In this document: in pieces, positions 25,810 to 33,025 of the stretch | Numbering within the stretch: the first letter of the stretch is position 1 | How the letters are laid out: the number at the start of each line of letters is the position of its first letter | Assembly (NCBI GenBank): GCA_004297805.1 | Contig: SCTJ01000067.1 | Span: 1-46,695 of the forward strand | Reading direction: 5' to 3' | Origin: Patescibacteria group bacterium | GTDB taxonomy: Bacteria > Patescibacteriota > Minisyncoccia > Moranbacterales > SCTJ01 | Length of the DNA: 46,695 bases | The notes under the pieces: generated by a model | Seen by the model: only the letters and a program-made list of their open reading frames with translations | Databases searched by the model: none | What the model was told of the DNA's origin: nothing | Made by a program: the position numbers and the translations under genes

Positions 25810-26292
25810 ATGCACGAAATAATTATTTCCTGGTTCGCTGGCTTTCCCAAGGAACTAGCCACGTTTATTATCGCGGCTATTCCAATCACGGAATTACGCG
25901 CGGCTTTACCGTTGGCCTACAAAGTCTATGGCCTGTCGGCTTTTAGCGCGTGGTTTTGGTCAGTGGCCGGAACCTATGTGGCCATGGTTGCCATTTTGTT
26001 TTTGCTCAATCCGGTGGCGACTTTTTTGTCAAAACACATCTCCCTGTTCGAAAAATTTTTTGCCTGGCTCTTTGAACATACTCGCAAGCGGGCGAACGGA
26101 AAAATGGAAAAGTATGGAGAGTGGGCCCTGTTCATTCTGGCCGCGACGCCTGTCCCATTTGTGGGGGGGATGACGGGAGCCTTGGCGGCTTTCGTTTTCA
26201 ACGTGCCCTATCGTAAATCAATTCCGCTCCTACTGTTGGGTACGATGCTCTCAGGAATAATTGTACTCTATCTAACCATTTCATTCTCGTAA
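25810..26292 (+). CDS. small membrane protein of the COG2426 / Sm_multidrug_ex family
   Basis: 160 aa with 4-5 TM segments and the PITELRAALPLA motif typical of that family. Confidence 0.55.
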   Translation: MHEIIISWFAGFPKELATFIIAAIPITELRAALPLAYKVYGLSAFSAWFWSVAGTYVAMVAILFLLNPVATFLSKHISLFEKFFAWLFEHTRKRANGKMEKYGEWALFILAATPVPFVGGMTGALAAFVFNVPYRKSIPLLLLGTMLSGIIVLYLTISFS

Positions 26293-26295
26293 GCT

Positions 26296-27075
26296 ATGAC
26301 TACTGGACAAACAAAAAAGTTGGTGATTGGTAACTTGAAAATGAATATCCTGTCACCGATAGAACGCGGTCGATATCTGAAAGATTTTTCTAAAGCCATG
26401 GCGGGCAAAAAATTAACGACAGTGATGGCTGTGCTTTGTCCACCGTTTGTTCACTTGGAACAGTTCCGCAAAAGTATTAAGCGCCAAGATGTTCAAATCG
26501 GAGCTCAAAACATGTTTCTCTTGGAAAGAGGCTCTTTTACTGGGGAAGTTTCAGCGCCCATGTTAAAGTCGATTGGAACTGAATTTGTAATTTTGGGACA
26601 CAGTGAGCGACGGCGTTATTTTGGCGAGGACGAGGCAGTGGTTAACGCTAAACTGAAAATGGCCTTGAAGTGTGGATTGGCGCCTGTTGTGTGTATTGGA
26701 GATACGCACGAACAGAGGGACAGCGGTGACATGAAGAGGATATTACGCATGCAAATTGAAGGGGCATTGGAGGGCGTCCCAGGAGGAAAACTGGAACAGA
26801 TCGTGCTGGTTTATGAACCGGTGTGGGCGGTCGGAACAGACATACTGCCAACAAGCAATGAAGTGCTGGAAGCGAAAATACTAGTAAAAAAAATCCTGAC
26901 TGATTTGTATGGTGCAAAACGGACTGGAATCGTCCGGATACTCTATGGCGGATCGGTTAGCGCAAGAGTGGCAAAACAAGTGTGCCTGGATCCGGCTATG
27001 GACGGGGTGCTGGTGGGTCGGGAGAGCTTGATTCCCAGGGAATTTTTGAAAATTGCCGAGATAATTAATGGCTAA
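26296..27075 (+). CDS. tpiA: triosephosphate isomerase
   Basis: VIGNLKMN, ILGHSERR and YEPVWAVGT catalytic motifs. Confidence 0.95.
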   Translation: MTTGQTKKLVIGNLKMNILSPIERGRYLKDFSKAMAGKKLTTVMAVLCPPFVHLEQFRKSIKRQDVQIGAQNMFLLERGSFTGEVSAPMLKSIGTEFVILGHSERRRYFGEDEAVVNAKLKMALKCGLAPVVCIGDTHEQRDSGDMKRILRMQIEGALEGVPGGKLEQIVLVYEPVWAVGTDILPTSNEVLEAKILVKKILTDLYGAKRTGIVRILYGGSVSARVAKQVCLDPAMDGVLVGRESLIPREFLKIAEIING

Positions 27076-27084
27076 ATTTATTTT

Positions 27085-27948
27085 ATGCTAGTACCAGTCG
27101 CCGACATTTTGAAAAAAGCCCAAGCTGATGGTTACGCGGTGGGAGCTTTCAACACCGTCAACCTTGAAACAACCCGTGCCATTATTGATGCGGCCAGAGA
27201 TCTGCGCTCGCCGCTCGTTATTCAGGTGACTGAGAAAACACTCGAGTATGCCGGTGGTCGGGCCATTTTCAATTTAGTGAAGAATGTGGCCGACTTCTAT
27301 GCTCCCGACATCCCGATTGGAATTCATCTTGATCATGGCAAAGGTTTCGATATCATCAAGAGGGTGATTGATATTGGTTTCACCTCGGTGATGTTTGATG
27401 GATCACGCAAGCAGTATGAGGATAATCTCATGGTTACCAAGGAGATTGCTGAATATTGTCATTCCAAGGGAGTGAATCTTCAGGGAGAGCTGGGTAGTGT
27501 GCCATATTTAGGTGAAATCGAAATGATGGATGTGGCATGGAATGAATATATGACCGATCCTGGCCAAGCCGAAGAATTTGTGAAAGAGACAAAGATAGAC
27601 GCACTGGCGGTGGCTATTGGTAATGCCCACGGATTCTTTCGGGAACGTTCCGAGCCGGACTACGCGCGGCTGGAGATGATTCAGAAGCGAGTCAGCGTAC
27701 CATTGATTTTGCATGGAGCTTCTGATTGGGAAAATGGCCGAGTGTCCGAGGTGATCAAGCGGGGTATCACTTGTTTCAATGTGGATACGGCTGTGCGGGT
27801 GGCGTTCATCAATAGTCTTATTAAAGCATCTAAGACACAGGAAGGAATTTCCTTTGATATCCGCAAGTCACTTGGGAGTGCTCGTGAAGCGGTGAAGGAC
27901 GTGGTCAAATCTAAAATCAAAATCTTTGGTAGCGACGGCAAGGCGTAA
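27085..27948 (+). CDS. fba: class II fructose-bisphosphate aldolase
   Basis: GAFN, HLDHGKG and AIGNAHG motifs of class II FBA/tagatose-bisphosphate aldolases. Confidence 0.9.
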   Translation: MLVPVADILKKAQADGYAVGAFNTVNLETTRAIIDAARDLRSPLVIQVTEKTLEYAGGRAIFNLVKNVADFYAPDIPIGIHLDHGKGFDIIKRVIDIGFTSVMFDGSRKQYEDNLMVTKEIAEYCHSKGVNLQGELGSVPYLGEIEMMDVAWNEYMTDPGQAEEFVKETKIDALAVAIGNAHGFFRERSEPDYARLEMIQKRVSVPLILHGASDWENGRVSEVIKRGITCFNVDTAVRVAFINSLIKASKTQEGISFDIRKSLGSAREAVKDVVKSKIKIFGSDGKA

Positions 27949-28008
27949 AGCGTATAACGCATAACGCATAGCATATAACGTTTCGCGTTGTGCGCTGTGC
28001 GTTCCACG
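27946..28008 (+). repeat. heptad repeat array (9 units) starting at the fba stop codon and forming an imperfect long hairpin
   Basis: TAAAGCG TATAACG CATAACG CATAGCA TATAACG TTTCGCG TTGTGCG CTGTGCG TTCCACG. Read on the minus strand, the last four units are TGGAACG CACAGCG CACAACG CGAAACG, the same unit types inverted. The two halves pair over ~18 bp (one mismatch) with 3 G-U pairs in plus-strand RNA. Confidence 0.85.
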
Positions 28009-28212
28009 ACTATTTGTTTAGCCATTCCTGGTAAAATTGTTGCAATCAATGGCCAACAAGCGGTGGTTGACTTTGATGGGGTTCGCAAAGAAATAAATGT
28101 TTCCCTGGTTTCGGTGAAAGTAGGCGAGTATGTGATTGTGCATGCTGGTTTTGCGATTGAGAAATTAAACCAGAAAGAGGCTTTTGAAATTATCGACGCC
28201 TATGAAAGCTAG
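27988..28212 (+). CDS. hypC: hydrogenase maturation chaperone HypC/HupF (start codon uncertain)
   Basis: Contains the family N-terminal signature CLAIPGKI, but the codon at the usual Met position is ATT (28012). In-frame alternatives are TTG at 27988 (giving MCAVRSTTI-CLAIPG) and GTG at 27997. Confidence 0.8.
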   Translation: MCAVRSTTICLAIPGKIVAINGQQAVVDFDGVRKEINVSLVSVKVGEYVIVHAGFAIEKLNQKEAFEIIDAYES

Positions 28213-29284
28213 CTCGCCTAAAAAATCAAAAATCATAGGCGAAATTGAAAAAAAAGCTGCCTTACTTGGCTTGTCTCGACTTGGCGAAGCGGGCAGGTCA
28301 TTGCGTTTTATGGAACTTTGCGGGACTCATTCGCAAGCCGTGGCGCGGTATGGGATCAAAGGTCTGCTGCCAAAAAATGTGAAGTTGCTTTCTGGTCCAG
28401 GGTGTCCAGTGTGTGTGACCGATCAGGAGGATGTTGATATTCTGGTTGGCTTGGCGTTGTCGGGCGTGCCCATTGCAGCTTATGGCGATGCTATCAATGT
28501 GCCGGGAAATAAGTTGAGTTTGGATCAAGCGCGTCAGCAGGGGGCGCAAGTCTTTACTGTCTATGACGTGATGCAGGCACTGGCACTCAAGAAAAAATAT
28601 CCCAAGCTAGTCTTTTGGGGATTGGGGTTTGAGACAACTACACCGATGACGGCTTGGGCGATTAAAAATGGACTGACAGTTTTTTCTTCCCACAAAATTT
28701 TTCCGCCAGCCATGGCGGCCTTGTTGAAAAATAAAGAAATAAAGATTGACGGATTTATTGATCCAGGTCATGTGAGTGCTATCATTGGTACCGAGGTCTA
28801 TAAAAAATTCAAAGTACCACAAGTGATTGCGGGTTTTGGCGCCGAGGATGTCTTGAATGCTATCGATAAGTTGCTGGATCAATTAATCAGAAAAGAATAT
28901 CTGGTAGAGAACGAGTACGGGCGAGTGGTGCGCCGACAGGGTAATCGAAAAGCGCAGAAAATTATAGTCGAGGTCTTTGAAATTGGTGACGCCAAATGGC
29001 GCGGTCTCGGTATGATCAAAAAATCCGGACTCAAAATTAAGAAGAAGTATAGATCACAGGATGCAAGTTGGGTGTACCGCCAGGCCATAAAAAAGATAAG
29101 ACAAACCATCAAACACAGGCCTACTGGCTGTCGTTGTGGCTTGGTTTTGCAGGGAGTGATAGAATCAACCGAGTGCCCGCTGTTTGCCAAAGTTTGCACC
29201 CCGGAAAATCCTAAGGGGGCGTGCATGGTTTCAGTGGAGGGATCATGTAATGTTGAATACCGTTATGGCAAAAATAAACGTTAG
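28184..29284 (+). CDS. hypD: hydrogenase maturation protein HypD
   Basis: MELCGTHS, GPGCPVCVT and C-terminal Cys-rich motifs of HypD. The start is either TTG at 28184 or ATG at 28202. It overlaps the hypC 3' end. Confidence 0.92.
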   Translation: MKLSTPMKASSPKKSKIIGEIEKKAALLGLSRLGEAGRSLRFMELCGTHSQAVARYGIKGLLPKNVKLLSGPGCPVCVTDQEDVDILVGLALSGVPIAAYGDAINVPGNKLSLDQARQQGAQVFTVYDVMQALALKKKYPKLVFWGLGFETTTPMTAWAIKNGLTVFSSHKIFPPAMAALLKNKEIKIDGFIDPGHVSAIIGTEVYKKFKVPQVIAGFGAEDVLNAIDKLLDQLIRKEYLVENEYGRVVRRQGNRKAQKIIVEVFEIGDAKWRGLGMIKKSGLKIKKKYRSQDASWVYRQAIKKIRQTIKHRPTGCRCGLVLQGVIESTECPLFAKVCTPENPKGACMVSVEGSCNVEYRYGKNKR

Positions 29285-29657
29285 AAGCTGGCTAAATTGG
29301 GCGGGTATTGTTGTTTGGCTGGCGGTGATTTTCTATTTTTCCTCATTGAAGGGCGGTGGCGTTGCAAATTATAGCGTGCTTTACTTTCTGGAAAGAAAGT
29401 CGCTGCACGTTATTGAATACTTTATTTTGACCAGCTTGCTGTATCGTGCCTTGATACAAAATTTTTCTCAAGCCAAGGTATTCATTCTGGCGGGAGCACT
29501 GTCCTTGTTATATGCGATGACGGATGAATGGCATCAGACATTTGTTCCTGGCAGAGAGGGTCTAGTTAGAGATGTGTTGATTGATCTCATGGGAATAGTT
29601 TTGGCCATAATCTTTATTTGGAGTTTCAAACAATGGATGAGCAGAAAGAAACAATAG
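29250..29657 (+). CDS. VanZ-like membrane protein
   Basis: SD GGAGGG lies 8 nt upstream of the ATG at 29250. The VanZ signature DEWHQTFVPGREGLVRDVLIDLMG is present, with 4 TM segments. It overlaps hypD by 35 nt and hypE by 25 nt. Confidence 0.8.
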   Translation: MLNTVMAKINVRSWLNWAGIVVWLAVIFYFSSLKGGGVANYSVLYFLERKSLHVIEYFILTSLLYRALIQNFSQAKVFILAGALSLLYAMTDEWHQTFVPGREGLVRDVLIDLMGIVLAIIFIWSFKQWMSRKKQ

Positions 29658-30622
29658 AATTGGAACACGGTGGTGGTGGGCAGAAATCATGGGAACTGAT
29701 TCAGATGATCAGGCGAGTTTTGAACTTCAAGGGAAAATGGACAAACACGGGAGATGATGGAGCGGCGCTGGACCTCAAAAAATGGGGAAAAATAATTTTT
29801 ACAACTGATTCTTTTATTGTCGATCCACTTTTTTTCCCGGGCGGGGATATCGGAAAAATTGCGATGTGTGGGACAATTAACGATTTAGCGGTGATGGGCG
29901 CGCGGCCTTTGGGAATCGGCCTGAGCCTAGTGATTGAAGAGGGATTTTCCAAAAGTGATTTAGTCAAGATACTGCAATCTATTAACGTTGTTTCGAGGCA
30001 GGTTGGCGTACCGATTGTAACGGGGGACACCAAGGTCACAGAGCGGGGCAAGATTGATAAAATCGAAATTACCACTTCTGGAATTGGGCTGGCTGACAAA
30101 ATAATCAATAACGGCGGGGCAAAACGGGGGGACTATATTATTTCTTCGGGAGACCTGGGTGAGCACACGGTGGCATTGCTCAGTTCTCGTTTTAATTATA
30201 AATCCAGAATCAAAAGCGATTCCAAACCATTGGATAAAGAATTATCGGCGGTAGGCAAATATCTCAATGCTTGCAAGGATCCGACGCGGGGAGGATTGGC
30301 CGCCAACATTGTGGAGATTGCTGACAAATCAAAAGTGAAAATAATCCTGGACGAGAAAGCCCTGCCTTTCAAAAAGGAAACGATCGCTATCTCAGAGCTG
30401 TTGGGTATCGACGTGATGTCGTTTGCCTCAGAAGGGCGATTTATTGCGGCGGTTCCGTCGAAAAACGTGAAGAAAGTTTTGGCGATGCTCAAAAAATATA
30501 ACAAAGAAGCCAAAGCTATTGGTCGAGTCGAGCGTGGCAAGGGCGTGTTTCTTATGACAAGATTGGGCAGTCTGAAACCAATTGAAATGCCGAGAGGGAA
30601 ACTAGTTCCACGGATTTGCTAG
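29633..30622 (+). CDS. hypE: hydrogenase maturation protein HypE
   Basis: PurM-like fold and the invariant C-terminal PRIC that carries the thiocyanate Cys. The ATG at 29633 has GGAG 9 nt upstream. Confidence 0.92.
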   Translation: MDEQKETIELEHGGGGQKSWELIQMIRRVLNFKGKWTNTGDDGAALDLKKWGKIIFTTDSFIVDPLFFPGGDIGKIAMCGTINDLAVMGARPLGIGLSLVIEEGFSKSDLVKILQSINVVSRQVGVPIVTGDTKVTERGKIDKIEITTSGIGLADKIINNGGAKRGDYIISSGDLGEHTVALLSSRFNYKSRIKSDSKPLDKELSAVGKYLNACKDPTRGGLAANIVEIADKSKVKIILDEKALPFKKETIAISELLGIDVMSFASEGRFIAAVPSKNVKKVLAMLKKYNKEAKAIGRVERGKGVFLMTRLGSLKPIEMPRGKLVPRIC

Positions 30623-31735
30623 GTGATAAAAGATTTGTCCCAGGCTAATCCCCGCGTCGCCGCGCGGGATTTTTTGGTTAACAATGGCACCTTTGGAAAT
30701 TAGATACTCGGAAATTATTTTATTATTGGCGATACCGCCGGATAAATATAGCTCAGAGCGTTTAGTTTGTAGCTTTCTGGTTATCTCATATAATCCTTGG
30801 GCAATGTAGAGTTGAGCGGTGGCGGCGAGGCGTTTTTTATCTTCGCTAATATTTTTTAGCAGGTATTCAAATAGAGGAGTAGTTAGTAGTTCATAACTTA
30901 TATCTTTCAGCTCGTAACTTTTTCCTATAACAGGTTTCAAATCCGTGTATGGCTTCGTGGAATTCCGTTCCAGCAATATTGCTGGTTCGTGTTTGTAGTT
31001 CCTTTCGTTTTTGGCAAAACCTAAAAGGATTGAAATTGCATCTATAACCCGGCCAGTGCTGGAAGTTTCTTGGCAATTAAAATTTTGTTTAAGTTGATTG
31101 TATAATAACTCAAACTGATTGTGAGGATAGAATTTTTTGATATATTTATAAGCTTCATCTTTCGACAAAAATTTCGACAGAATGCTAATAAGCATGCGGG
31201 CGGGTTCTTTCACGGCCAAATCCCCGCCAATCATGAGTTGGTTTTCCAAATGGCCTATTCGTGGAGCGTGGAGCGTGGAGCGCGTAACATTTATTTTAAA
31301 TACCTCGCCGCCCCAGATGTTACCGTCTACTCCATAGCCAGTGCCGTCGAGAGCGATGCCATAGGCGTTAGGTTTCAGCTTATAGGTTTTAGAATTTAAG
31401 TTACTTTCTCCGATGGCCGAAAAAATATGCGCCAGGTGGTGCTGCACCTGGACGTGTCGGGCCTGGAATTTTTTGGCCAATTCTTTCCCAAGCGCAGTCG
31501 TTTTATAAAGGGGATGCAAGTCGGTGAGTATAATTTTGGGGCTGATGTTCTCTCTTTTCAAAAAACTAATCACCGCTTTTTTGAATCGGTTATAGTTCAC
31601 ATCTTCCAAAAGGTCGCCAAAATCTTCGGAAAAAAATACCTTCCCTTGGTAAAATACGGAGAAATTTCCGGCGGATTCGGCTCCAAGAGCCAGGACGGAA
31701 AGCTTACTTTTTAGAGGTAGTCTAAAACTTTGCAT
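30602..31735 (-). CDS. hypF: HypF-like carbamoyltransferase, Kae1-like C-terminal domain only
   Basis: 377 aa with VQHHLAHI, DGTGYGVDGNIWGGE, SSTGRVIDAIS, LSGGIANN and PRGDAGISLGQ, which correspond to the C-terminal half of HypF. There is no acylphosphatase, Zn-finger or YrdC-like part. It converges on hypE with a 21-nt 3' overlap. Confidence 0.8.
   Translation of the reverse strand: MQSFRLPLKSKLSVLALGAESAGNFSVFYQGKVFFSEDFGDLLEDVNYNRFKKAVISFLKRENISPKIILTDLHPLYKTTALGKELAKKFQARHVQVQHHLAHIFSAIGESNLNSKTYKLKPNAYGIALDGTGYGVDGNIWGGEVFKINVTRSTLHAPRIGHLENQLMIGGDLAVKEPARMLISILSKFLSKDEAYKYIKKFYPHNQFELLYNQLKQNFNCQETSSTGRVIDAISILLGFAKNERNYKHEPAILLERNSTKPYTDLKPVIGKSYELKDISYELLTTPLFEYLLKNISEDKKRLAATAQLYIAQGLYEITRKLQTKRSELYLSGGIANNKIISEYLISKGAIVNQKIPRGDAGISLGQIFYHLANPWN
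31255..31289. repeat. heptad repeat array inside the hypF-like CDS, including a perfect (TGGAGCG)x3
   Basis: The plus strand reads CTATTCG TGGAGCG TGGAGCG TGGAGCG CGTAACA. The three perfect units (31262-31282, 21 nt) are in frame and encode part of VTRSTLHAPRI on the minus strand. Confidence 0.9.
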
Positions 31736-31765
31736 GGCTTCATTATATCATCGGAGTCATATAAC

Positions 31766-31798
31766 AAAAACAACCCCACCGAAGCGGGGTTGTTTTTT
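31766..31798. terminator. bidirectional intrinsic terminator (ends the zinc-ribbon gene on the minus strand)
   Basis: AACAACCCC-(8 nt)-GGGGTTGTT, with A-runs and T-runs on both sides. Confidence 0.8.
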
Positions 31799-31817
31799 AT
31801 ACGAATTGGATTCGGTA

Positions 31818-32042
31818 CTAGTACCGGCCTCGGCCTCCGCCGAAATCGCGCCGCGGTCCGCGGTCACGCATCCGTTTCTTGTTGCAGTCGTAGCAGTAGA
31901 GGTTCCCGTAGGTTCCGTCTTCTCGCTTGGTCGGCTGGAACGGCAGCTCATTGATAGCTGTTCCACACTCTGAACACGTAAGACCCAATGCGGAAACGTC
32001 AAACATTTGCCGCTGTGGGCGTGGTCCGTCTGAATATGTCAT
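31818..32042 (-). CDS. 74-aa zinc-ribbon protein with an Arg/Gly-rich tail (CxxC...CxxC family-like)
   Basis: CSEC-x22-CYDC with an internal PFQP, as in the small CxxC-x17-CxxC proteins. The C-terminal RDRGPRRDFGGGRGRY is RGG-like. It has its own strong promoter and terminator. Confidence 0.7.
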   Translation of the reverse strand: MTYSDGPRPQRQMFDVSALGLTCSECGTAINELPFQPTKREDGTYGNLYCYDCNKKRMRDRGPRRDFGGGRGRY

Positions 32043-32176
32043 CTAAGTAATTGTCACCATCCTTTCTAGTTTTCACCCGGACTTTTAGCCCCGTAGCGGG
32101 AGTCCGGAAATATCTGGTGACTTACTTAGATTAACGGATCTAATCATCTTAGAACGTATCCAAAAATCATCACCTT
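32043..32176 (-). promoter_or_regulatory. structured ~134-nt 5' leader of the zinc-ribbon gene with mutually exclusive helices
   Basis: A 16-bp long-range helix (32115-32130 with 32042-32059, 2-nt bulge) ends on the A of the AUG. It encloses the hairpin CCGGACT/AGTCCGG. An upstream local hairpin, TTAGAT (32126-32131) with ATCTAA (32138-32143), competes for 5 nt of the long helix. Confidence 0.5.
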
Positions 32177-32182
32177 GGCAAC

Positions 32183-32211
32183 AGTATAGCATCTGCGGGT
32201 TTGCCTGTCAA
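32183..32211 (-). promoter_or_regulatory. consensus sigma-70 promoter of the zinc-ribbon gene
   Basis: The minus strand reads TTGACA (32211-32206), 17 nt, then TATACT (32188-32183). Confidence 0.65.
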
Positions 32212-32255
32212 GCTACGAATGTTGAAAAATACCTAATTTAAGCCAAAAGTAGCTA

Positions 32256-32284
32256 TTGTCAAGTGTCCCAAATCATGCTAAAGT
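32256..32284 (+). promoter_or_regulatory. putative lepB promoter (divergent from the zinc-ribbon promoter)
   Basis: TTGTCA, 17-nt spacer, TAAAGT. Confidence 0.4.
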
Positions 32285-32326
32285 AGAGCAACGCTAAGTG
32301 TTGTTTGTTTCTCAAGGAAAGCTCAA

Positions 32327-32971
32327 ATGGAGGGGAATCAGCCAATTGTCGAGCAATCAGCGGTGGTCGCTCGCAAAAAAGCCATAAACGAATCGTCCTA
32401 CTATGGGGTGGGCGGTTTTTTGTTAGAAATTGGGAAGGTGATCTTACTGGCCTTGATCATTATCGCCCCTATTCGAGCGTTCTTGTTTCAGCCGTTTTTT
32501 GTGCAAGGCGCTAGCATGGAACCCAATTTCTTGGACGGAGAATATTTGATTGTGAATGAGCTGGGGTACAAGACGACCAACGTGGCGGGTCTTTTCAAGG
32601 TAACTCCCTTCAAATCAGTCGAGCGTGGCGATGCAGTTGTTTTCCGTTATCCCAAAAATCCGAGCCAATATTACATTAAGCGGGTTATTGGTTTGCCTGG
32701 GGAAACGATTCAAATAACAGGAGGTGTAATTCAGATTTTTAATAGTGAGAACCCAACTGGGTTATCTCTGAACGAGAGTGCCTATCTTTCCGCGTCAGTT
32801 TATACCAAGGGGGATGTCAAAGTTTCTCTGAGTGACAAGGAATATTTTGTGATGGGTGACAATCGGCCATTTAGTTCCGATTCGCGAATCTGGGGGGCGG
32901 TGCCAGAGAACGACATGGTTGGTAAAGTATTACTCAGGGCCTGGCCAATAACTAAAGCACAGATTTTTTAG
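32327..32971 (+). CDS. lepB: signal peptidase I
   Basis: S26 motifs GASMEPNF (Ser), KRVIGLPGE (Lys) and GDNRPFSSDSR, plus an N-terminal TM segment. Confidence 0.93.
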   Translation: MEGNQPIVEQSAVVARKKAINESSYYGVGGFLLEIGKVILLALIIIAPIRAFLFQPFFVQGASMEPNFLDGEYLIVNELGYKTTNVAGLFKVTPFKSVERGDAVVFRYPKNPSQYYIKRVIGLPGETIQITGGVIQIFNSENPTGLSLNESAYLSASVYTKGDVKVSLSDKEYFVMGDNRPFSSDSRIWGAVPENDMVGKVLLRAWPITKAQIF

Positions 32972-33025
32972 TCAGGGTTTGGCCCAGCGGGTCGACTCAA
33001 GTCTTTATTTTAAAGTAATAATCAC

